This document shows positions 50,020 through 60,442 of a stretch of DNA of 64,000 nucleotides, piece after piece. Under the pieces are notes generated by a model, which saw only the letters and a program-made list of their open reading frames with translations, was not told where the DNA came from and made no database searches. The translations under genes and the position numbers were made by a program. Origin of the DNA: an uncultured Nitrospiraceae bacterium (lineage in GTDB: Bacteria > Nitrospirota > Nitrospiria > Nitrospirales > Nitrospiraceae); contig CAVPLT010000005.1 in NCBI GenBank assembly GCA_963706325.1, positions 128,001 to 192,000 on the forward strand, in the 5' to 3' direction. Every line of letters starts with the position of its first letter. Within the stretch, counting starts at the first letter, position 1.

Positions 50020-51417
50020 CTACACGGTTTCAAATGGAGATGCAATGCCTTGATAGGGGACGGCAGGGAGCCGTGAGTTCTGGTCGTCCTGGTCGGTATC
50101 AGACTTGGCAGCGCGCCAGGGGAGGGCGACATAGGTATTCCAGCGGCCGCATCGTCGGCAGCGACCAGACCACTCGGCCAATTCGTGGTGGCACTGGGTG
50201 CACTGGTAGGGTACGACCACTCGTTTCTTGAACCCAAGAGCTTTCTTGAGTTCCCCCACGGCCTCGTCCGTGTGCTGCTTGCGTAGATACAAATTGGCCA
50301 TGATCTTATGATAGTCGACGAGCTGCTCGTGCGATCCGTCCAGAGTCGAGAGCACGTCATACGCTTCATCCACCATTTCGAGCCGGTAATAGAGTTTCCC
50401 GAGGTAAAACTGGATTACGGTGTTGTGAGGATCCTGGTGAAGCGCTTCCTGATAGGCGCGAATGATTTCATCAGGCTCTCCCAGTTCCAGAAAGAGCTCC
50501 TCCAGCCGGTGAAGAATAATGACGCTCCGTGTTTTGTCATAGATTTTTTTGAGAATTTCTACGGCGTTTTTGGTCTTGCCTTCTCGCACCAGGATCTCTC
50601 CGATGCCGATATACGCCGGTAAAAAGGTGCGGTCTTTCTTGATCGCGCCGCGGAAATAGCGCCGAGCCTTGTCGGGGTGCCCGCGCTCCAGGAGTTGACG
50701 TCCGACTTCATACATGCAGCCAAGTAAGAGATTCTCTTCAGCCCGCCGTTCGCTTTCAGGCCAGTTGGCTTTGACGAGGCGGTATTGGATTTCGAGCGCA
50801 TCGCTCCATTTTTCGAGCCGGATCTGAAGGTCGCGTTTGCGAATCAAAGCCATCAAGTTGTCCGGCTCAATGCGGAGGATATCTTGAAGCGTCTGAAGCG
50901 CGTCTTCGTAGCGGCGGGCGCCCTCCAGGTCTTTGGCCAATTCCAGCAGGACCTCGACGTTGCGTTCTTCGATGCGGTGGGCTTGCTGGTGGAGGCGGAT
51001 CGCCTCTGTCACGTTACCCTCCGACCGATAAATGTTACCGAGCCACAGGAGCGAGTCCGTCCGATTGGGATCGATGACGAGGGCGCGTTCGAATAAGCTG
51101 ACCGCCTCGGCGGTCCGCTTGGACATGAACGCATGTGTGCCGTCCCGGTGGAGGGCATCCACCTTTTCTTTACGTCGCACGAGGCGATTGCTGCGCCAAT
51201 TCACGAAGACATGGGTAGTTTCCTTGATGGTGACAATGAGCGCCACCAGCGTAGCGCCAAGGGCCATCGCAAACAGGACCAATGAAACGGGACTCAGCTC
51301 AAACAGCGAGTCCGGGCTGGTGCGAATCGTAATGGTGCCGGGGTTAAGTTCGCGAAAATAACTGTAGAGAAAAATCCCGACGCTGACGAGAAAGATCGTG
51401 AAGAGCAACCGAAACAT
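50020..51417 (-). CDS. LapA/LapB(YciM)-like TPR protein with C-terminal rubredoxin-like zinc site
   Basis: Two N-terminal TM helices, TPR array, YQCTQC...WSGRCRRCGRW. Confidence 0.85.
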   Translation of the reverse strand: MFRLLFTIFLVSVGIFLYSYFRELNPGTITIRTSPDSLFELSPVSLVLFAMALGATLVALIVTIKETTHVFVNWRSNRLVRRKEKVDALHRDGTHAFMSKRTAEAVSLFERALVIDPNRTDSLLWLGNIYRSEGNVTEAIRLHQQAHRIEERNVEVLLELAKDLEGARRYEDALQTLQDILRIEPDNLMALIRKRDLQIRLEKWSDALEIQYRLVKANWPESERRAEENLLLGCMYEVGRQLLERGHPDKARRYFRGAIKKDRTFLPAYIGIGEILVREGKTKNAVEILKKIYDKTRSVIILHRLEELFLELGEPDEIIRAYQEALHQDPHNTVIQFYLGKLYYRLEMVDEAYDVLSTLDGSHEQLVDYHKIMANLYLRKQHTDEAVGELKKALGFKKRVVVPYQCTQCHHELAEWSGRCRRCGRWNTYVALPWRAAKSDTDQDDQNSRLPAVPYQGIASPFETV

Positions 51418-51418
51418 G

Positions 51419-51841
51419 CTAGACCCGTTTCCGGGTGCGAGCCGGACGTGCCGTGGACGGAGCAGGCAGAGCGACCTTCAGGGCGTCCTCTTCCGGCAAC
51501 CGGACCTGTCCTGCGTCGCTCCACAGTCGTTCGAGGGCGTAGTGTTCGCGAATATCCTTTTGGAAAATGTGAACGATGACGTCACCAAAGTCCATCACGA
51601 CCCACTTGGCTGACGAGGCGCCTTCTGTACTGAGTGGCGCATGGCCTTGCGCACTGAGACTGTCGCTCACGTGGTCGGCGATCGCGCGTGCTTGGCGTTC
51701 AGATTCCCCGGAGCCGATCACCAGGTAGTCAGCAAGAGAGGTCAGTGAGGCAATATGCAGGATCAGGACATCGGTGGCTTTCTTATCCAGGATGGCGCTG
51801 GCCACCGCGAGAGCTTTGGCCTTTGATTCAAGTACGATCAC
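51419..51841 (-). CDS. rsfS: Ribosome silencing factor
   Basis: DKKA.DV, DYLVIGSG.S.RQ, WVVMDFGDVIVHIF, YALERLW. Confidence 0.93.
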   Translation of the reverse strand: MIVLESKAKALAVASAILDKKATDVLILHIASLTSLADYLVIGSGESERQARAIADHVSDSLSAQGHAPLSTEGASSAKWVVMDFGDVIVHIFQKDIREHYALERLWSDAGQVRLPEEDALKVALPAPSTARPARTRKRV

Positions 51842-52508
51842 TGTCCTCCCTATATAACCCCTCGCGAAGTATATAGGATTCGACAGAGGCGGGCAACAGA
51901 TTTGCCAGGGGTCGGCCCTCTTGCACACGCTGCCTGATATCCGATGCGGAGATGTCGCAGGGGGGCAACCGCAGGAAGGTCAGCGCTTGGCCCTCCGCGA
52001 GGATCATATCCGCTCGTTCTTGCCGGGCGGCATCTAATGCCATTAAGGCCTTCTCCTGAAGGCCATGAAAGAGCGAGATTGACGACAGGGTTCGAAAACT
52101 GACCGAAGGCCTGGAAAACACGACAAACCGGCAGCTTGAGAGCAACGTCTGAGCATTTTTCCAGGAAGGCAGCTCAAGAAATGCATCCAGCCCGATCATG
52201 AAAAATACTGTGGTGCCTGGCCCATATTCCTGCTGAACCGCGCGGACAGTATCGATGGAGTAGGATTTGCCGGATCGGCGGATTTCCATGTCCGTGAGGG
52301 CGAATTCCGTCACGCCCTGAATCGCCAATTCCACCATTCGGTAACGATGTTCGGCTGCGGCTAATGTCCCTGGTTGTTTGTGCGGAGGATCACCCGTTGG
52401 GATAAAGAGGACGCGGTCCAGCTGCAGGAGCTGTTGGGCGGACTGAGCAATGGAGAGATGGCACCGGTGAATCGGGTTAAAGCTGCCGCCCAAAAGTCCC
52501 AGTCGCAT
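51828..52508 (-). CDS. nadD: Nicotinate-nucleotide adenylyltransferase
   Basis: GGSFNPIHRCH, PPHK, SYSIDT, IGLD, ISASDIR. Confidence 0.94.
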   Translation of the reverse strand: MRLGLLGGSFNPIHRCHLSIAQSAQQLLQLDRVLFIPTGDPPHKQPGTLAAAEHRYRMVELAIQGVTEFALTDMEIRRSGKSYSIDTVRAVQQEYGPGTTVFFMIGLDAFLELPSWKNAQTLLSSCRFVVFSRPSVSFRTLSSISLFHGLQEKALMALDAARQERADMILAEGQALTFLRLPPCDISASDIRQRVQEGRPLANLLPASVESYILREGLYREDSDRT

Positions 52509-52616
52509 GCGTGATGCTACATGAACCCTGTTGAATGTGAACGGACCGTCGCTCGGCTCATAACGGGCGCGCCGCAACTTCCTCACCGCCAGCGCCGGAC
52601 CTATCGCGTGGTCTGG

Positions 52617-53738
52617 CTAGAGAATGACCAAATTGTCCCGGTGAATCACTTCCTCATATTCGTGAAGTCCGGGAAGCTTTTGAATGTCGACGGTCTTAAG
52701 TCCCTTGATACGGGCGAGGACCTCGGAGGAAAAGTTGACGAGGCCTTTGGCGCACTCCTTCCCGTCTGGAGCGACGCATGTGACCGGATCACCGGCATCG
52801 AAGTGGCCAGTGGCATCCAATATGCCTGAAGCCAGTAAGCTCTTGCCTTTCAGGACCAAGGCTTCGACGGCCCCCTGGTCAAGCTGCACATGGCCCCGTG
52901 GGCGGAGGGTAAAGGCGATCCAATGTTTTCGGCTCGTCAGTCGTCGTTCGCGGGCGAGAAACAGGCTGCCACCCGGTTTTCCGCTGAGCACCTCCGGAAG
53001 CAGGTTCTTCTGTGTTCCGTTGAGAATCAGGGTCGCCACTCCGTACTCACCCACCTTCTTTGCCGCGCTCACCTTGGTGGCCATGCCACCGGTGCCTTCG
53101 AAGGTGGAGGACACCCCGGCCCGCCGTTCGATGTCTTCGGTAATGTCATGGATCAACGGGATGAGGGTGGCGGTCGAGTCCTTGCGAGGATCGGCGGTAA
53201 ACAGCCCGTCCACATCTGACAGGATAATGAGCAAATCCGCATCCACTAGATGCGCCACCTGAGCCGCGAGGGTATCGTTGTCTCCCACGCGGATTTCCTC
53301 CACTGCGACCGTATCATTCTCATTAATGATAGGGATCACGCCGAATTTGATCAATGTGGTGAGGGTGTGCCGTGCATTAAGAAATCGCCGTCGGTCGGCT
53401 AAGTCTTCGTGCGTTAAGAGCACTTGTGCGACGCGGAGGCTCAAACGCTCGAACGCCTTCTCATAGGCCCACATCAGATGGCTTTGGCCCACCGCTGCGG
53501 CGGCTTGTTTCACCGGCAGGCTTTTGGGATACTCGCGTAATCCCAGTTTCTTGAGGCCGGAAACCACCGCACCGGACGATACGATCAACACTTCGCGTCC
53601 TTGCGCGCGTACGTCGGCAATCTCGCAGGCGAGCCGATCGATTCGTTCGGCGCTCAAGCCGGTTTCGCGCGACGCGACCAGGCTGCTCCCGATCTTAATG
53701 ACGACGCGTTTCGCTAGTCTTAGGAGTTCGTCTCGCAC
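52617..53738 (-). CDS. proB: Glutamate 5-kinase
   Basis: VIKIGSS, VSSGAV, INENDTV, GDND, GTGGMATK, PUA domain. Confidence 0.96.
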   Translation of the reverse strand: MRDELLRLAKRVVIKIGSSLVASRETGLSAERIDRLACEIADVRAQGREVLIVSSGAVVSGLKKLGLREYPKSLPVKQAAAAVGQSHLMWAYEKAFERLSLRVAQVLLTHEDLADRRRFLNARHTLTTLIKFGVIPIINENDTVAVEEIRVGDNDTLAAQVAHLVDADLLIILSDVDGLFTADPRKDSTATLIPLIHDITEDIERRAGVSSTFEGTGGMATKVSAAKKVGEYGVATLILNGTQKNLLPEVLSGKPGGSLFLARERRLTSRKHWIAFTLRPRGHVQLDQGAVEALVLKGKSLLASGILDATGHFDAGDPVTCVAPDGKECAKGLVNFSSEVLARIKGLKTVDIQKLPGLHEYEEVIHRDNLVIL

Positions 53739-54751
53739 GGGGTTTTCCGGAGCAGCTCCACCTGCTGGCCCATATAACGCACACAGTCGTCCAATCCCTC
53801 TCGCGTAGCCGCCGAAATTGCAAAAAATGGAATCTTGCGTCGTTGGCAATACTTCCGGAGCCGTTCGAGGCGTTCCCCCTCACCCTTGACGTCGAGTTTG
53901 GTGCCCAACACGGCGAACGGCCGAGCGGCAAGAGATTCGTCATAGGCCGTAAGCTCATGGCGCATGACCTCGAAGCTTGTGACAGGGTCTTCCGTGATCC
54001 ACTCTGAAATATCGATCACGTGGATCAGTAGGCTGGTTCGTTCGATGTGGCGAAGAAACTGAAAACCCAGACCCCTGCCTTCATGCGCTCCCTCAATCAA
54101 CCCGGGAATGTCGGCGATGACAAAGGTCTGCGATTCGTTCCAACGCACGACGGCCAGGTTGGGAGTGAGGGTGGTGAAGGGGTAGTCGGCGATTTTCGGC
54201 CTTGCCGCAGAGACGGCCGCGATCAAGGTCGATTTTCCGGCATTCGGATAGCCCACCAATCCGACGTCCGCCAGGAGTTTCAAGTCGAGTCGAAGGAACC
54301 GCTCTTCACCCGGAGTGCCCGGTTCAAACTGCGTCGGAACGCGGTTTGTTGAGGTAGCGAACCGCGTATTGCCTCTGCCTCCATGGCCACCGGTCGCAAT
54401 AATACAGCTTTCACCGTCTACGGTGAGATCAGCCAAGAGTTCTTGGGTGGTATCGTCAAAGACCATGGTGCCGACTGGGACAGGAATATGCACGTCGACG
54501 CCTCGACGCCCATGGCAATTGCTGCCGCCCCCGGGCTCGCCGTTTTCAGCTTCATAATGTTTCTGGTAGCGAAGATCCAGCAGGGTGCTTAGGCGTGTGG
54601 TGGATTGCACGATGATGCTCCCGCCGTTTCCACCGTCCCCTCCGTCCGGGCCGCCGCGCGGGACAAATTTTTCCCGTCGAAAGCTGCAGGCGCCATTGCC
54701 GCCTTGGCCGGCCTTCACAAAGATTTGGACTTGATCGACAAATGTAGACAT
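53720..54751 (-). CDS. obgE: GTPase Obg/CgtA
   Basis: FRREKFVPRGGPDGGDGG, GYPNAGKST, DIPGLIEGA. Confidence 0.97.
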   Translation of the reverse strand: MSTFVDQVQIFVKAGQGGNGACSFRREKFVPRGGPDGGDGGNGGSIIVQSTTRLSTLLDLRYQKHYEAENGEPGGGSNCHGRRGVDVHIPVPVGTMVFDDTTQELLADLTVDGESCIIATGGHGGRGNTRFATSTNRVPTQFEPGTPGEERFLRLDLKLLADVGLVGYPNAGKSTLIAAVSAARPKIADYPFTTLTPNLAVVRWNESQTFVIADIPGLIEGAHEGRGLGFQFLRHIERTSLLIHVIDISEWITEDPVTSFEVMRHELTAYDESLAARPFAVLGTKLDVKGEGERLERLRKYCQRRKIPFFAISAATREGLDDCVRYMGQQVELLRKTPCETNS

Positions 54752-54875
54752 CGCAGCAATCCCCCAGCCATCCGGTTATTAGAGGCAGCAGTATAGCGTA
54801 TTCGCCGGTTCCCGGGGGAGACTATGCGAGCGAAGGCACTGGTCCGTGGAAACTAAGGTGTGGACTGAGGAGGGG

Positions 54876-55139
54876 TCAGGCCTTTGCTGTGACCGGATAG
54901 ACGCTTACCTTCTGTCGGCCGCGGCCACCTTCAAATTTGACGACACCGCTCACATACGCAAATAGCGTGTGGTCTCGGCCAAGCCCGACATTGAACCCAG
55001 GGAAAAATTTCGTTCCACGCTGGCGAACGATGATGGAGCCGGCCTTGATCGTCTCTCCACCGTAGGCCTTGACGCCGAGGTATTGTGGGTTGCTGTCGCG
55101 GCCGTTCCTTGTCGAACCGCCGCCTTTGTTTGTTGCCAT
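54876..55139 (-). CDS. rpmA: 50S ribosomal protein L27
   Basis: [24 protein letters not shown]. Confidence 0.97.
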   Translation of the reverse strand: MATNKGGGSTRNGRDSNPQYLGVKAYGGETIKAGSIIVRQRGTKFFPGFNVGLGRDHTLFAYVSGVVKFEGGRGRQKVSVYPVTAKA

Positions 55140-55164
55140 GGCAAACTCCCCTTCGAGTCGTTAC

Positions 55165-55479
55165 TTACTTCGTTTCGATTTGAGTGACACGCAGCTGCGT
55201 AAAACCTTGTCGGTGGCCCCTGGTTCGCCGATAATTTTTGCGACGGTGCTTCTTAAACACCGTGATGGATCTGGTGCGCCCTTGGCGGATGATCTCCGCT
55301 GTCACGTGCGCGCCGGGGATGATCGGTTGGCCCACCACCAGTCCCTCGTCTCCATTGAGCAGCCGAACTCGGTCGATTTGCACAGAGTTTCCGACATCGC
55401 CAGGAAGTGACTCCACTTGGAGCACAGTTCCTGCTTCCACTCGATACTGTTTTCCGCCCGTCTCAATAATAGCGTACAT
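55165..55479 (-). CDS. rplU: 50S ribosomal protein L21
   Basis: MYAIIETGGKQYRV, RRKNYRRTRGHRQ. Confidence 0.97.
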   Translation of the reverse strand: MYAIIETGGKQYRVEAGTVLQVESLPGDVGNSVQIDRVRLLNGDEGLVVGQPIIPGAHVTAEIIRQGRTRSITVFKKHRRKNYRRTRGHRQGFTQLRVTQIETK

Positions 55480-55712
55480 GTGCGTCTTTCTCCTCGTCAG
55501 CAGAACGTGAGTGTCTATCACAGCCATAAATAAGGTGTCAAGAACAAGTGCGTCAAAGAGTGGTTCGTGGAGTGGTCAGACCCTGAAACGCCGGTCTTCG
55601 TGAGAAATGCGCAGGGTCCCCATACGCATGGATTTGAACAATGCATGGCTCACAAAATGCGCGTGGCTGGCTGTCTTGACGCTCATTGTGAGCCGCTGGT
55701 ATGATCCCGCGC

Positions 55713-56627
55713 ATGCTACAAACCAGCGAAAAAATATGGATGGACGGGGCATTTGTCGCCTGGGCCGACGCTCAGGTTCACGTGCTGACACACTCACTCC
55801 ACTACGGATTGGCCGCCTTCGAAGGCATTCGATGCTACAAAGGAAAGAGCGGGTCATCCATCTTTAGATTGTCCGAGCACGTGGATCGTCTGTTTGAATC
55901 CGCGCACATCGCGTTGATCGAGATACCGTATGACAAGAAGCAACTCACCGAGGCCATCGTCGAAACGGTGAGGATCAATCGGTTAGAGGCCTGCTACATT
56001 CGTCCGCTTGTGTACATTGGGTATGGGGCTATGGGTCTCTATCCGGCTGAAAATCCCATTAAAGTAAGTATTGCCGCTTGGAAATGGGGGACGTATCTTG
56101 GTGACGAGGCCTTGACCAAAGGGATTCGCGCAAGGGTGTCCTCATTTACTCGTCATCACGTGAACGTTTCTATGACGCGTGGGAAAATCTCCGGGTACTA
56201 TGTGAACTCCATTCTCGCCAAACGCGAGGTGAAGGCGGATGGGTATGATGAGGCCATTATGCTCGACCCTGAGGGTTATGTGGCTGAAGGGACTGGCGAA
56301 AACGTATTTATTGTCAGGCGCGGCGTCCTGAAGACGACCCCGCTGACGTCCATTCTTGAGGGCATTACACGGAACTCCATCATTGAATTGGCCAAGGATC
56401 GCAATGTTCCGATGGTTGAGGAACGTTTCACGCGCGATGAAATGTATGTGGCGGAAGAAGTGTTCGTCACCGGCACCGCGGCGGAACTCACGCCGGTCAC
56501 TGAAATTGACCAACGACGTATCGGCACCGGGAGGCCTGGTCAGATCACGCAAACGCTACAGAAGGCATTCTTTGAAGTTGTCGGGGGGGCGGATTCCGCT
56601 CACCGGCAATGGCTCACCCCTGTCTAG
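55713..56627 (+). CDS. ilvE: Branched-chain amino acid aminotransferase
   Basis: HSLHYG..FEG, YIRP, K..GYY.NS, EGTGEN, LEGITR, GTAAE. Confidence 0.95.
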   Translation: MLQTSEKIWMDGAFVAWADAQVHVLTHSLHYGLAAFEGIRCYKGKSGSSIFRLSEHVDRLFESAHIALIEIPYDKKQLTEAIVETVRINRLEACYIRPLVYIGYGAMGLYPAENPIKVSIAAWKWGTYLGDEALTKGIRARVSSFTRHHVNVSMTRGKISGYYVNSILAKREVKADGYDEAIMLDPEGYVAEGTGENVFIVRRGVLKTTPLTSILEGITRNSIIELAKDRNVPMVEERFTRDEMYVAEEVFVTGTAAELTPVTEIDQRRIGTGRPGQITQTLQKAFFEVVGGADSAHRQWLTPV

Positions 56628-56743
56628 GGTCCGCTCCACAGGCTCTCTTCCCGAATCAGTACAGTAATACGTGAGATCGGCCAGCGCCATGGCTGCGGCT
56701 TCCTTGCGTCTATGTGTTGCGGCTGAGAAGAGTCTACAGAATG

Positions 56744-57097
56744 CTAGCGAGAGCCTTCACCTGCGGGATGGGGTTCCGTGGTGGGAGAAGCGGGGGGGGC
56801 CGCAGGCGTGGTGCTCGGTGCGCTTTCCGCCGGCTTTTTATTCAGGTCGATGACCGTCGAGGAAAAGTTTCGTTCTTTTGCTAGGATGGCCAAAGATAAG
56901 GACGTGAACATAAACACGAAGGCTGTAATGACGGTAAACTTGCTCAGGAAGTTAGCCGGGCCGCGACTGCCGAAGACGGTTTGGCTTGAGCCACCGAATG
57001 CCGCTCCAATTTCTGCACCTTTGCCGGATTGCAGCAGGATTGCTCCAATCATAAGCAGGCAGACGATGACATGAATAATGACCAGTACTGTATACAT
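56744..57097 (-). CDS. secG: Preprotein translocase subunit SecG
   Basis: ILLQSGKGA..GAAFGG, FLSKFT; follows tpiA. Confidence 0.93.
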   Translation of the reverse strand: MYTVLVIIHVIVCLLMIGAILLQSGKGAEIGAAFGGSSQTVFGSRGPANFLSKFTVITAFVFMFTSLSLAILAKERNFSSTVIDLNKKPAESAPSTTPAAPPASPTTEPHPAGEGSR

Positions 57098-57106
57098 CTT
57101 GAATTT

Positions 57107-57886
57107 CTAGGCCGTGGTGGGTGTGGACCCGAGAGCGACCGTGATGAGTGTAGCAAAAGAGACCGGATCTAAACAAGCCCCGCCGACGAGTGCGCCGTCA
57201 ATTTCTTCGGAAGCCAGAAAGCCGGCGATATTTTGCGGCGTGACGCTGCCTCCGTACAGGATACGGACCTGGTTCCCTGCATCTGACCCGCTCAGTTCGT
57301 TAATGGTGCGACGAATCATACGATGGACCGGGACGGCCTGATCTGGCGAGGCAGCCCGCCCTGTGCCAATGGCCCAGACAGGCTCATAGGCGATTGTCAT
57401 GATTTGGAGGGCCTGCGCCTTAACTTCCTCCAGCGCAACGCGGAGTTGTCGTTGAATGACCGACTCCGTATTGCCTGCATCGCGATCCTGCAACGTTTCC
57501 CCCACACAGAGAACCGGTTGAAGTCCATGTCGAATTGCCGCAAGCACTTTCTTATTCGTCCAGACGTCTTGTTCTCCGAAATACTGCCGTCGTTCAGAAT
57601 GACCGATGAGGACAAAGTGGCAACCGAGATCCTTCAGCATGAGGCCGGACACCTCACCGGTGAAGGCTCCCTTTTCTTCCCAGTAGAGATTTTGCGCACC
57701 GAGTAAAAAGCGCGATGCAGGGCCGAGCGCGGCGCCTGCTGCAGGCAGGGCGGTAAACGGTGGGGTGAACCCCACTTGGATGCCGCCTAAGTCTGAGACC
57801 TGATGCAAGAGTTCTTGAACGAACGCCGTGGCCTCAGAGGCGGTTTTGTTCATCTTCCAGTTGCCGATAATGAAGCGAGTTCTCAC
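57107..57886 (-). CDS. tpiA: Triosephosphate isomerase
   Basis: GNWKMN, GHSERR, AYEPVWAIGTG, YGGSV. Confidence 0.97.
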   Translation of the reverse strand: MRTRFIIGNWKMNKTASEATAFVQELLHQVSDLGGIQVGFTPPFTALPAAGAALGPASRFLLGAQNLYWEEKGAFTGEVSGLMLKDLGCHFVLIGHSERRQYFGEQDVWTNKKVLAAIRHGLQPVLCVGETLQDRDAGNTESVIQRQLRVALEEVKAQALQIMTIAYEPVWAIGTGRAASPDQAVPVHRMIRRTINELSGSDAGNQVRILYGGSVTPQNIAGFLASEEIDGALVGGACLDPVSFATLITVALGSTPTTA

Positions 57887-57924
57887 GAGACCTCTGTTGC
57901 GGTGAAAAGAAACGGTCGGAGTCG

Positions 57925-59124
57925 TTAGGGCGTGCGATTGGGGAGTGCTGCGAGACCCGGAAGGGTTTTTCCTTCCAGTAATTCCAGTGCGGCCCCACCA
58001 CCGGTAGAGATGAACGAGATGCTTTCGGATTCTCCTGCACGATGGATGGCGAGCGCTGTTTCGCCTCCGCCTACGATGGTCAGGGCGTACGCGTTGGCCA
58101 CAGAGTGGGCCATGGCGAGAGTGCCTCTGGCGAAGGCATCGACTTCAAACATGCCCATGGGACCATTCCAAAGAATAGTTTTGGCATCCTGAACTGCTTC
58201 CGAAAACAGTTTGACGGAGGCGGGCCCGATATCCAATCCATACCATCCTTTGGGAATTTCCTGAACGGGCACGATTTTCGTCTCGGCGCCGGGTTCTCGG
58301 CTCGCCGCCACGACGCAATCCACCGGAAGATAAAATTTGACTCCACTGGCGAAGGCGTGGTCTTGAACTCCCTTGGCAAAGTCCAGCATATCGTTCTCGA
58401 CCAGCGATTGGCCGATCTCCAGCCCCATGGCCTTGAGGAAGGTGAAGGCCATGCCGCCGCCGATGATGACCTTGTCGACTTTTTTGCCGAGGTTCTCGAT
58501 GACGCCGATTTTGCCCGACACCTTTGCACCGCCCAGAATGGCGACAAACGGTCGAACCGGGTTTTCGACGGCGCCTTCCAAGTACTCGATCTCTTTTTTC
58601 AGTAGGTAGCCGGCGGCCGCCTCAGGGATGAATTTCGTGATACCGACGGTGGAAGCGTGGGCGCGATGTGCGGCACCAAACGCGTCGTTGATGTAAACAT
58701 CCGCAAGGGACGCGAGGGCTTTGGAAAATCCGTCGTCGTTTTTCTCTTCACCTGCATGGAAACGGAGGTTTTCCAACAGCATGACATCGCCAGGCCGCAT
58801 TTTGGCGACGAGGCCTTCAACGGCCGAGCCGATGCAATCCGGAGCAAAAATCACCTCTTTGCCAAGGAGACGTTGGAGACGTTTTGCAACGGGCGCCAAG
58901 CTGAACTTAGGGTCGAACTTTCCATTTGGTCGACCGAGGTGCGAGCAAAGAATAACCTTGGCTCCTTCGTCGACGGCGCGATTGATGGTCGGCAGCGTCG
59001 ATCGGATCCTCGTGTCGTCGGTAATCTGCAATGAATCGTCGAGCGGGACGTTAAAGTCGGCGCGAATGATGACCCGTTTTCCCTGAAGCTGAACGTCCTC
59101 GATGATGCGTTTGCGGATATTCAT
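57925..59124 (-). CDS. pgk: Phosphoglycerate kinase
   Basis: RADFNVP, SHLGRP, LLENLRF, WNGPMG, STGGGA. Confidence 0.98.
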   Translation of the reverse strand: MNIRKRIIEDVQLQGKRVIIRADFNVPLDDSLQITDDTRIRSTLPTINRAVDEGAKVILCSHLGRPNGKFDPKFSLAPVAKRLQRLLGKEVIFAPDCIGSAVEGLVAKMRPGDVMLLENLRFHAGEEKNDDGFSKALASLADVYINDAFGAAHRAHASTVGITKFIPEAAAGYLLKKEIEYLEGAVENPVRPFVAILGGAKVSGKIGVIENLGKKVDKVIIGGGMAFTFLKAMGLEIGQSLVENDMLDFAKGVQDHAFASGVKFYLPVDCVVAASREPGAETKIVPVQEIPKGWYGLDIGPASVKLFSEAVQDAKTILWNGPMGMFEVDAFARGTLAMAHSVANAYALTIVGGGETALAIHRAGESESISFISTGGGAALELLEGKTLPGLAALPNRTP

Positions 59125-59220
59125 GGTAGGCCTTCACTCCCCCTGCGGTGTGTACCGCGCCGGTCGGTTCACTACCTGATCGTGCTGCGCGTCAGAAAAA
59201 GCGCGCCGCATAGGATCGAT

Positions 59221-60240
<1,020 letters not shown>

Positions 60241-60442
60241 TCAAGAATTAAGCGGGTTGAACAGAGTAAGCTTGGGGGGATAGTACTGAGCGACTTTCTG
60301 CGTGTCAAGCATACAAAATGATGGAATGGTTGTAATGTTTGCCGTCTTGGAAGTCATATTTGAGACAGCTACTCGCATTGCCTGGTCGAGGGAGCCTGGG
60401 TAGAGTCTGGCGTTTTCAAGTTCACCGGATACTCGGGGCATT